Assembly (NCBI RefSeq): GCF_000281045.1
Contig: NW_008246069.1
Coordinates: 220,191 to 240,190, forward strand
Length of the DNA stretch: 20,000 nucleotides
Direction: 5' to 3'
DNA from: Saprolegnia diclina VS20
Lineage: Eukaryota
Shown: piece by piece, positions 9,952 through 20,000 of the stretch
Position numbering within the stretch: the stretch's first letter is position 1
Layout: every line of letters starts with the position of its first letter
Translations under genes and position numbers: made by a program
The notes under the pieces: model-generated
Database searches by the model: none
Told to the model about the DNA's origin: nothing
The model's input: the letters and a program-made list of their open reading frames with translations, nothing else

Positions 9952-10197
9952 ATGATGAAGAAGCCGAGCAGCGCCAAGAGCCAAGCGCGCCCGAAGCACG
10001 TGGAGCGCCAAGGTCACCTCTCGGCGACGCGCCGCGACGCGACCCCGAAGCGCACGCCGCTGCAGCTAGCGCCCTCGGCGCGCGCGGGGAACGCCACTTA
10101 TTTATTGGCCAAGGGCCCCGATGGCACGCGTGGCTTCTACAGCCGCAGCCAAAAGCTCAGTATCCACGCCCACGAGTTTGTGCCCAACTCGCGCTAA
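9952..10197 (+). CDS. 81-aa basic microprotein with SUZ-C/LSA-like motif (AKGPDGTRGF) and PAM2-like motif (QKLSIHAHEFVP)
   Basis: CACCATG start context, GC3-rich codons matching neighbouring genes, TAA at 10195-10197, upstream AT-rich promoter-like DNA. Two recognisable linear motifs occur in the same frame at 10108-10137 and 10150-10185. Confidence 0.75.
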   Translation: MMKKPSSAKSQARPKHVERQGHLSATRRDATPKRTPLQLAPSARAGNATYLLAKGPDGTRGFYSRSQKLSIHAHEFVPNSR

Positions 10198-10318
10198 CCG
10201 TCCATCCACCTCGCTCACGGCGTGTGCCCATCGCTCTCTCAACTTATTGTCATAAACATCAACATGGATCGGCCCTTTATGGCCACACGATGCATTCACG
10301 AGAGATCTTGCGTGCTCG

Positions 10319-11614
10319 CTATTCGGTGTCGGAGTGGTGGATCGTCGGCAGATCACGCAGCGACTTGGTCGCGGACCCGCGCTTCTTGGGCTGCTGCTGG
10401 CTGCTGTGCGGGCTCCACCCGATAAAGTAGATGACCTAGACGCGCCATGATGGCCACGACGATGCTCAGCCGCGTACCTGAAACGTCACTGGAATCGAGC
10501 CGTCTTCATTGCCGTACATGGTCTGGTAGATGGAGGCCGCCGCGAGGAGCGTGTCGCGCGACGGCGCAATCGCCGACGACGAGAACGGCGCGTTGTTCTC
10601 GGCCATGCCCTGGAGATGCTCCATCAAGACAAACGCGTCCGGGTACTCGACCGTGATGTAGTCCGTGTCGACTAGTGTACATCAGACATGTTGTCACTAC
10701 TGCTTTGTACCGGTCGGCAGCGTAAAGCCCGCGCTTTGAAGCAAGTTGCCGGCGTCGGCGACGTTGACAAACGGCGAAATGTGCGGAAGGATGCCGCCCT
10801 TGCGCTCTTGGTCAGCCAGAATGAACGAGCTCCTACGGACAATATCCGTGTGGATATATCGCACTCGATCGGCGCTCGTATTACCGAAGCTCGCAGAGGC
10901 TGTCGCCCCCGAGGACGGCGCCGAGGAAGACACCGTCCGGCTTCAACGTCTCGAGCACTTGCGTGAACGTGCTCGGAAGGTCGTTGACCCAATGCAAGTT
11001 GCACGAGCTAATGACGAGGTCGAAGTGGTGACGCGGGAACGGCAGGAACTCTTCGTCGCCGCAAATGTGTTCGGTGGGCACTAGAAGCAGCGTCAGAGAC
11101 AAAGCGTGCAGCCTCCGAGAGGTACACTTGGCATTGCGCGCCGTCTCCTCGGGCGTCTGAACGTCGCGCAGCAGCAAGTCCTCTAACCCATTCATAAAGC
11201 TTTGCGATCACAACCATTTTGCGCACCGGCAAACTCAAACTGGAGCAGCTTCTTGATGCCACCGAGGCCGGCGTCGGGCGCGAGCGACTTGTAGATGTGG
11301 CCGCTGCCCGCGCCGAGGTCGAGAGCAAGCGGGAATTCGCGGTCAATGTCCTACGCCCATGTATCGCTTGACGCGTCGTCTCGTTCATGGACCAGCCTAC
11401 CTCAAGACGGTCCACGAGGCGTCGAGCGACCTCTTCGCGGAGGTACTCGTACTCGGTGCTGTTGGCAAGCTGCGCCACATTGTTGCGTTGCTGGCGCTTC
11501 ATCGCTACGCGCCTTCATGGAGCACGGAGCGGCCATGCAGCATGGCGTACCTCGGTTGAAGACTTGCATCGACATGCTCCGGCGCCCCATGGCGCTCCGG
11601 ACGGCTTGCAGCAT
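10319..11614 (-). CDS. NDUFAF5: Mitochondrial complex I assembly factor 5 / arginine hydroxylase (SAM-dependent methyltransferase fold), 325 aa
   Basis: Exons 11614-11551, 11504-11401, 11350-11227, 11182-11126, 11080-10885, 10832-10711, 10671-10478, 10435-10319. N-terminal presequence [14 protein letters not shown]; motifs [91 protein letters not shown]. Confidence 0.93.
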
Positions 11615-11931
11615 GGCTGGAAATCACGAGCCGGCGATGATTGGACTCGTGTTAAGTGCGATTCGAACTTTACCCGTTCGCTCCCCTTGGCGCAAGAAGC
11701 CACGCGAAGCCTCGACGACCACCCCAAGCATCCTCTCGTCTGCAGGGAGCGTAGAGATCGCCACGTAAGCAACTGCTTGACACGCCAAGGACAAGCTTAT
11801 CTTGCTTGTATCATACGGTATTGCTGAGTATTGCCAACCATTGCGATGAAGACGTCGAGAAATTGTACTCAGCATGTTCCTCATGGCTTCTTCATGCGCT
11901 ACCGACTCGGCCATGGTGACGACGTTCGTTC

Positions 11932-13316
11932 TTAGTGGTGGCCGGGGCCCTTGGTGTTGAGGCGCCACGGCGCGTTCTCGCTGAAGATCGGGATAAAGTT
12001 GTGGATCGCGTCGCGCTGGTTCTGGATGATGCACTCGCATATCCAGACGAGGTTGCGCACTTCCTGCTCCTTCAACTTGACGTACGCGTAGAAGCACGCA
12101 AAGTGCATCTGGCTGCCAAACGCAAGCTCGCACATCATGACGTCACGCTCGTAGAACGCGTCGTCGATCGACTTGTTGTCGACGCCCTCGCTCTGGTGGA
12201 TCTCCCAGATCTTGCGGTACACCGGGAACGGGTCGAGCACGATGCCGAGCGACCCTTCGTCCGACACCTCCGAGAGCGCTTCCGTGCCCGCGGGGTAGAG
12301 CTCGCCAATCGACGGGTAGAGCGGCTTGCGGTCCGAGATGCGCAGGCTTGGCTCGTTCAACGGCGTGCCAAACGAGTTGAGCGTAATGTTGATCGCAATG
12401 CGATCGGCGCGCGCGCGGAGGATGATGCCCATCATGACGGCCGTCTCGCCCCCGAGGTTCTAACGGATAGCATGAGCGTGTCTCCACTAAGATCTGGGTG
12501 TGTACCATGCAAAACTCGTGAAAGTCTTCGAGCCAGAGCTTGAGCAACGAGTTCTTGATGATCTCCATCTGGACCTCCTCGAGGATGTTGCGGACTTCCG
12601 AGGCTTCGCCAAGGCGGTCTTCGGCGTTCTCTTGGAGGAACTGCTGGAAGTACTTGCCTGGAGAGTGTTGATGTATGAGTGCCATGGCGCCTGCGGTGGT
12701 GGACGTACCGATCGGCGTGTCGATGAGGACGCACTCGTACAAGTCGGCGTAGCCCTTCGAGTTGGCCTCGAACGTGCAGATGCTGCGCATGATCGAGTCG
12801 TCAAACTTGCCGAGCGGGTGCAACTGGCCAATGAGCTCGTTCACGTCACGACCGTTCATCGTGCCCTTGAGAAGGAGCATCAAGTTGTCGATCATGTACT
12901 CGTATCTAGTAGCCATCGTGAGCTGCATGAAAGGTATCGCATGCGCCAATGGCCGTACGTGATGAAATCGAGAAACTCGCCGAGCGGCTCCATGGCCTGC
13001 GCGCGCAAGAAGACAAACTCGTCGACAAACTTCTTGGTCGTCGCCGTCTGGATGATCGACGGCGTGACCGTACCGCTGTTGTCCTGGAGGAACTGGTCGT
13101 AGTCGGTCTCTTGGAGGTTGAGCTTGATATCTACGCGTAGCCTTCGCTTCAGCGGACGCGCTTTTCGAGGGCGCATGTACCTTCGAGCGTCTCGCATTGC
13201 GTGAGGTGGTGGTAGTCGACGTCGTCGAGGAAGCCGCTGCGGTAGCCGCGGATCAAGCCCTCCACGAAGCCGTGCTGGATGTTAAAGGTCGTGATGTCTC
13301 CGGTTGACTGCACCAT
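11932..13316 (-). CDS. ATP6V0D: V-type proton ATPase V0 subunit d (394 aa)
   Basis: Exons 13316-13181, 13130-12959, 12905-12709, 12657-12506, 12459-11932, all junctions in frame. Motifs FNIQHGFVEGLIRGYRSGFL, LTQCETLEDIKLNLQETDY, FLDFITYEYMIDN, HPLGKF, VLIDTP, ADRIAINITLNSFGT, FYAYVKLKEQEVRNLVWICECI (VMA6 family). Confidence 0.96.
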
Positions 13317-13874
13317 GGCGAAAATGGGACTCCCTTCCAAGGTACCGCCGGCTTTAGATCCAATTAATAAAAATAGCCTAATGTTTGTATACTGGCAGCG
13401 TCATTTTTTGCACCGCCCATGCGTCAAAATAGAACAGAAACGACTCGACCTCTATGACTCGATATATTGTCATCAAGAATCCTCCAATATAACATTGAAC
13501 CTACTAGTTGTATTGAGAAATACTGTGAGAATACATACGTTGCGAAGTCCACTTCAAGGGGCGGCGCCATCGAAAGCCACAGGGAAGGCAAGCAAACCTC
13601 TGGAATCCCATACATTGCACCCAATACGCCAGAAGGTGGCAGTGCCGAAAATAAGCTCCCGCGTGTCGCGGAGGTCGATGGTGCGCTGCGCTTGTTCGGG
13701 CACGTCAGGGCGCCTCGTCCAAGCCCACACGAGTGGCCCAACAAAGGATTGGCGCCGTCGTCGACCCTGCCTCCTCCCAGAGAAGCGATCTTTTTATTTT
13801 CGGCATGTGCCGAAATGAACCAAAGATTCACCGTGTCAAGAAGATCGCAACCTGCGGTCCCGCCACGTGCCAAG

Positions 13875-14978
13875 ATGGAGACGGCGCGCGACTGGGAGCA
13901 CCGCTGCCAGCAGCAGCAAGACGAAATCCGCTTGCTCAAGCAGCAGATCTCGCGCCTCGAGCAGCGATTGCACGGCAGCAACGAGAACGCGGTGGCCAAT
14001 GGCCAAGACACAACGTCCGATGACAGTGGCCTCGAGAGCTTCTCGACGCGGCGCGAGCACGAGCACCAGCTACTGGAGCGGGCGAGCGCACTCGTGGCGC
14101 GGCAAAAGACCGACTTGAAGGCCCAAGCGCAGAAGCTCAAGCACGAAAAGGAGACGTGGCGGCTCGAACATGCTCGGGGTCGAAGCGCCGCTGTCGTCAG
14201 CGAGATGAAGCGTGTGCTGGATACGGTACCGCATGCGCTTGGCAAACTCGAATCGACGATATCGAACTGATGTGGAACGTAGAGTGTGCAATCGCTGAAC
14301 CGCAACATGCGCCAGCTGCGAGCGACCGAGGACCGCATCCTTGCCCAGCGACGCCAGATACACGACCTTCCTACGTCGTCCGAGCTGTCCAACGAAGGGA
14401 GCAGCGTCTCGAGTGTTCTTTCGTCGCTCGCCGATTCTCAGAGCTCGTGTCACGACGACATTGGTAGCGAGAGTAGCGAGTGCGAGTCGGAGGCGCCGTC
14501 GCTGCTGGACGAGCTCCATCGACTTCACAACGACCTCGCACGGGATGAGTCCCCGAGCTTTTCGCCCGTGCACGACGACTGGCAGTCGCCGCCCATGGCC
14601 GAGACGAGGCACCTCCACGACCCTTACGTCGGCTTAGTCGACCCACTGCACCGGCGACCGCCACGGTAGAACGTCTCTCTTGCGCAATAGCTGAGTGTGC
14701 GCACAGTGCGATGCGGCCGTTTGCGCCCACGGACCGACGACAAATGAACGAGCAGTGGCAGTGCGCTTCGATCTACGACAAGCAGATTACGAGCTGGGCC
14801 ATCGGACGGCACAAGGTGCAAGTCGCTGCGCAGCAGCACGCCACGTACGTCGATTCGCGTCATCTCGCATGGCCGGCCCACGCACGCGATTAGGTGGCTC
14901 AATTCGTTGTGCCAAGAGCTCGAAGCCTACTCGACTGTGCGATCGCAGCCGCGAAGAGCCATGCTCGAGGAGCTGTAG
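13875..14978 (+). CDS. Coiled-coil protein (~318 aa), tentatively similar to the CEP164 C-terminal region
   Basis: Exons 13875-14225, 14283-14665, 14707-14844, 14894-14978, joined in frame by introns 14226-14282, 14666-14706, 14845-14893. Heptad-rich segments (QQQQDEIRLLKQQISRLEQRL; EHQLLERASALVARQKTDLKAQAQKLKHEKETW). An upstream in-frame ATG at 13815 is an alternative start. Confidence 0.75.
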
Positions 14979-15256
14979 CTGCAGAGCCTCCACGCCTGAA
15001 TACAGCAACAGCTGCTTGGCCACGCCTGGCATGCATTGAAGCGCTGTATATAGCTGGCGACTGCCGACGTGGAAGGCGCCTTGAGGCTCGAGGAGTTCGA
15101 TGGCCTGCGCTCGTTCTCGTCGGCTATAAGGCTTGCCATTAAGTTGGTTGTACTGAATCTCAAAGATACCGGGGTGGTGGCGATGTCATCCGGAAACCAT
15201 CCGGATTCGAGTGTGAACCGGCAATCTGGTGCCACTGTGCAGACACTACGACGACG

Positions 15257-18200
15257 ATGGCCGAGCGCGAGGACGAGAACGCGTACGAGAAGCTGTCGCG
15301 CGAGGTGCACCAGGCGCAGACGACGGGCGCGATCCACCCCGACTGGCTCGAGAACCCATGCGGCTTCCTCCTCAAGCCCGACTTTAAGCGCAAGATGCAG
15401 CACATGGGCGCCGGCGGCAAGAAGCTCCAGACGAGTATCCGCGGCCTGCGGCTGCATTTGCCCGGGAGCTCGTACCGCAGCCGATGGTTCGTCCTCGATG
15501 GCATGATGCTGCGCTACTTCCGCTCCAAGAACGACGAGCAAGAGCTCGGCGCGATCCACTTGACGAGCGTCAACGCGGTCCTGCCCTCGAGCATGGCCGA
15601 CGCACCCGATCACGCACTCGACCTCGTGTGCGCCGACCGCATCTACACGGTCGCCGCCGCGACGCGCGAAGACATGGTGCGCTGGGCCACGGTCCTCACG
15701 CTTGTGGTACGTTTGCGCCTGTCGACTTCGTCGCATCCGACACCACGACGTTGTAGCTGCGCGGCGAATACCAGCCCAAGCTCATGCAGCGGCGCGAGTC
15801 GGCTGTCATCCGCGGCAGCTCGGTGATACCGCCGCACAATGGCCGGGGCAGCGCCGTCGCCGTCATGCGCCAGGCGTCCCAGGTGCTCCCGGCCGCGCCG
15901 ACCTTCCAGCCGACGCTGACGCCGTTCGACGAAGAGCCCGAGGACAAGGAGCGTGAGATGGACGCCAAGCTACGCGCCATGAGCGTACGCGAGAAGATGA
16001 TCACCGTCACGTTCGACACCCCGGGCCCGCTGCATCTTTTGCTGCAGAGTACTACCTTCCTTGTCCGCTGAGCTCATCCCTTCTAGGCACGATGGAAGAC
16101 ACGATCATGGTACGAGGTTTCCAGGAGCCGGCGGAAGGCGGCGTCGGCCTCGCCGAAGCCACGGGCATCATCATGCTCGGCGACATCCTCGTCGCGATCC
16201 AGGACCACACGTTCTCGACTTTGCCGTTTGCTCAAGCGATCGAAGAGATCCAGCGTGCCGCCCGACCGCTGACCCTCCGCTTCTCCCGCCTCGAAGCCGC
16301 GCCCATCAAGCAAGTGTCGCGTCTCGCGCAAGGCTGGGTGCTCGCCAAGGAGCCTGGTACGACGCCTTCTCGTCAAGTGTTGACGCCCATAACGTAGCGA
16401 CGAACCGCGTGCGCATCCGGCTCTTGCAGCTCCAAGGCTCCAAGCTGCACCTCTTCAAGTCGGGCCTGCACATTGGTCGGCAAGAACGCCCGGTGCTGAC
16501 GCTCGCGCTCGACGACGTGACCGACATCCGTCCACTCCACGGTGCACTTTGTTTCCAAAAGTATCAATGTATCGATCTCGCCACCGTTAGACAAACGGCC
16601 GAGTGTCACGTGCGTGCAAGGCTTCCCCAAGACGTTTGGCTTGACGCTCGAAGCCAGCCACTTTATGTTTACGTGCTACGTCCTGTCGCTCGACGAACTC
16701 AAAACGTGGCTCGACGTGCTCAAAAACGCGATTGTGTTTGAGAAACCACGCCTTGGCACGAGCACGATTCCTGTGCACCCGATCATGGTGCTTGAAAAGG
16801 CCGCCGACGCGACCATGACGACGGTTGCGTCGACGCTGCTCGTCAGTGACGCGCTCAAGTGGGGCGAGCTCACGCACGAGTTTGAAGCGCGGCATCTCGT
16901 GCTGCGTAGTGGCGGCAAGCTCCAGATCTATTCCGATGCGTCACGGACGGTGCTGCTCACGACGCTGCGCTGTGACGCAATCGTCGCGCTCACGCCGTCC
17001 CAAGTGGCCTTGGGCGGGGACGAAGCCGCGTACCAGCTCGAGATTGCCGTCGTGCTTGCCTCCAACAACGTGCACTGGCGTCGGTCGTTCAACCTTCGCT
17101 TCGAGTCCATCCATGTTCTCATGAAGTGGGCGCGGTACTTGGAACGGGAAGTGCGCCACAGTGCGGGGCGTGAACTCGACGTGACGTTGCTTGAAACGAA
17201 CGCCGAGAGCTTGCTCTTGACGTCGTCCGGACCCCGCGTTGCCCGGTACGAGCCTCAAGACGAGTACGTGCGCTGGGTCGCGTCGAGCCGCGGCTGCCGC
17301 CACTTTGGTCAGCTGCGCATCGAAGGCCCGATGGCCCAAGGTATCGAGTTGGCGTTTCTATGGTTGCAAAGACCCGGATGAATAGGCTGGTTTTACGTCA
17401 AGAAGCCCGGTGCTGTCGGGGCCGACGCGTACCATCCGCGCTTTGTGGTACTCAAGGACCACCATTTGCTCCTGCACAAGTACGAGACGGCGGTAGGCTT
17501 GGCGATAGCAATCGATCGCAGCGTCCTACCTTCGCCTGCTGCGTAGAGTGCCGACGTCTGTGCCGGTCGCATCGACTTGGCCGAGATCCGCACCGTGCGC
17601 GTCGTCAAGGGCGACTCTATGGACGCCTTTGACTTTTCGATTCAGCTCAAGACGTCGTCCAACCTGGTCTTCACGGTACTCGACAGTCGTGTCCGCATTG
17701 CGTATATAGAACTATCGCACTAGCTCGCAGCGCTGACGCAAGCCCAGAAAGAGGCGTGGTTCATGCTCCTTCTCTGGGCGTCCGACTACTACTTTCAAGA
17801 AACGCCGCTCAACTCGCTGCTGCCGCCGCCCAAGCTCGTCTCGTCGACGTCGTCGGCCGAGCACGTGACGAACCGGCTCAGCATCGAAGTCGTCCAGAAC
17901 GCGGCGCTCGCGACCACTAGTCGGGTGCGTCCTTCCGGCGCTTCTCTCTTCTGATATCGGGTAGGCGTCGTTGTGGGCCGTTGAAAGCATCGCGCAGATC
18001 CGCGGCTGGCTCACGCTCGGGGACCAGCGCGTCTATGCCGCGATCCTCAACGGCGTGCTCAGCTACTACGAAGTGGAAGACGACCTCGACAACGAGTGGG
18101 GTGACGCGCTGGACGCGATCGAGCTCTCGCGCGTCCTGTCCGTGTCGTGTGACGGAGACGCGCGCTTCGCCGTCGTGCTGTCCTTGGACACTGCCACGGA

Positions 18201-19968
18201 GATCACCGTGCACCTCGAGGCCGTGAACGCCGTCTGGGCGAAGAAGTGGATGCTCGCCATGTGCTCGTGCAGCCGCCTCGTGCTGCTCCAGGACGAGACC
18301 AAGCTGTACAGTACAGCGCCGAAAGAAGGGTATCTGTGGAAGCTTGACCGGCTCTACCAAGTGCATCGAAAGCGGTTCTTCTGCCTCCGGAACCACGAGC
18401 TTGTCGTGTCGACCGCGCCGGACGGCCGCGTCCTCAACGTCATTGCGCTCGACACTGTTGCGGGCATCTTCCTCTCCAAGGTACTCGGCATGTCGCTTGA
18501 AATCGCGAGCGTGAGCAAGCCACTTGTGCAGATTGCGGGCGCGAAGGACTACTTCCAGATGCACTTGCACTGCGTCCACGACGCCGACCCGGTTCTGGAC
18601 CCGACGTTGACCGCGACGGCGCTCGCCGAGTCGGACGAGGACATGGACTCGGCGTCGTTCCAGACCATCTCGGTGTCATTCTTTGACGAAGCCGAGATGC
18701 GCGAGTGGGCGCTCGCCGTGTACCACTGCTGCACGAACGCCATGATCAACCATTCGGGTGCCAATTTGCAGCTGCCGTCGACGATCGAGACGTTCCCACA
18801 GGCGCTCATGAAGACGACCGCCTTCCTTGATGCGACCACGGTACCACTGGCTTCTTAACCATGACGCTATGCGTGCGTAGGACGAGACGGACGGGCCGTC
18901 GAACACGGGCTGGCTCTTCTACCGGTCCGGCGTCAACGAGCGCTATCGCCGGCGTTTCTTTGTCTTGCGCGGGTTTGAACTCTCGATCTACAAGCACGAC
19001 TTGGGCGCCGACGAAATCGCGATTCGCTATGGTGTCGTCGACGTGCGCTCGGTCCTCGACGTGCAGTTTGTGAGCCGCAACTGCCCCGAGAACGCGATCG
19101 AGCTCGCGTTCAGCGCGACGACGCTGACGCTGATCCCGCCCTCGGACGCGGCCGCGGTAGAACCAAAGCGATATGGGACGAGCTTGGCAGCATCGCTGTG
19201 TGTAGGTGGCGTGGCGCAGCGCCTTTTTGGACGTGAAGCGGTCGGTCGTGACCAACCACGACGTGACAAGTGGCGTCCTCATCAGCCGCAGCAGCACGTT
19301 TGCTCTCCAAAAGGAAAACGAAGAACTCTTGCGCATGCAGATCGAGACGCTCGTGAGCTTTGCCGCCAACCTCCTCGCGTACGACGGCTCCAAGTGGGTC
19401 GCCAACGTACGTTGCCACGTCATATTGTGCGGATTTCGAGGCGGACGATGATAGTACTATGTGATGACGTCGGCGCGTCTCCTCGTCTTTTCGCTGGCGG
19501 TCCACTTGTACGACGAAGACCCGGACTTGCTCTCGACGTTTGAGACCAAGCACATTGTGCAAGTGCGGTCGCTCACGCTGGACGAAGAAGCCGAGCGCAG
19601 TGGGTCGAACTCGGCCTGCGCGTTCTCGATCCACCTCTCGACCGTGCCCGACCCGCTCGTGCTCAAGTGCGAGACCTTTGGTACGAGCGTGGGCGCTATG
19701 GCGTTAGCTAATGATGCGTAGATCACTGCTTGCAATGGATGCGGATGCTCTGCCACAGCAACGGCAAGCTCGAGCTCAAGCGCAACGCGGCAACCGGCGT
19801 CTGGGGAAGGTACGTGCGGTTTTCTATCAAGTTTGTATCAAGCGACGATGCAATTAGTGTGAACCGGATTGCGTCCTTGTCGCGCCACAATAGCTTCCTG
19901 GCCGCGGGTCCGCCCCGCTTCTCGGAAGCGTCGTCCGGTCGTCTCTCTCGGCAAGAAGCCATGCGGAG
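15257..19968 (+). CDS. Large multi-PH-domain protein with one PDZ domain (3'-partial, >1340 aa)
   Basis: Exons 15257-15706, 15757-16048, 16087-16356, 16398-16541, 16591-17267, 17313-17340, 17386-17492, 17547-17675, 17724-17924, 17965-18480, 18532-18840, 18881-19156, 19206-19406, 19455-19680, 19722-19809, 19858-19968, then donor GTATGG. Repeated PH signatures (CGFLLK..RWFVLDG..MVRWATVL; QGWV..LKTWLDVL; GWFYVKK..RFVVLK..EAWF; EGYLWK..KRFFCL..MREWALAV; GWLFYR..RRFFVLRG..AWRSAF) and a PDZ (TFDTPGPLHL..IMLGDILVAIQ..RPLTLRF). Confidence 0.88.
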
Positions 19969-20000
19969 GTATGGTGGCTCGGAGATGCAGCGTTTTGACG

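Noticed and set aside
11624..11914. 96-codon minus-strand ORF (MAESVAHEE...) between the V-ATPase d and NDUFAF5 genes
   Set aside because: No GC3 bias or motif; it starts 17 nt after the upstream stop and spans the expected 3' UTR and promoter.
14893..14893. TAG at 14891-14893 as the stop of the coiled-coil gene
   Set aside because: Better explained as the acceptor of intron 14845-14893, which continues in frame to WLNSLCQELEAY...EEL and a stop at 14978.
1..20000. Prokaryotic systems (operons, CRISPR, defence islands), tRNA/rRNA genes, intact transposons
   Set aside because: The DNA is eukaryotic with spliceosomal introns; no repeat-spacer array, cloverleaf, rRNA signature, transposase or reverse transcriptase motif was seen by eye.

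Overview
Gene-dense, GC-rich eukaryotic DNA with many very short GT-AG introns (36 complete introns inferred by hand, 38-57 nt). Composition, intron style, gene content and promoter motifs suggest an oomycete, probably Saprolegniales (inference). Ten protein-coding genes can be built with frame-consistent splice junctions: (1) 5'-truncated INTS7-like gene (+), (2) ~107-aa signal-peptide/C-terminal-TM protein (-), (3) intronless 737-aa protein with three PDZ-like domains (+), (4) omega-amidase NIT2-like nitrilase (+), (5) degenerate PX-like plus Tubby-C/LURP-one-like protein (-), (6) 81-aa microprotein with adjacent SUZ-C/LSA-like and PAM2-like motifs (+), (7) NDUFAF5 (-), (8) V-ATPase V0 subunit d (-), (9) coiled-coil protein resembling the CEP164 C-terminus (+), (10) 3'-truncated protein with at least eight PH domains and one PDZ domain (+). 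A ~1.7 kb gene-free gap (8190-9950) may hold ankyrin-like relics. The most interesting item is the 81-aa ORF, a candidate minimal adaptor between poly(A)-binding protein and a STRAP-type WD40 protein. No RNA genes, CRISPR arrays or intact mobile elements were recognised. All homology calls are from recalled motifs, not database searches.
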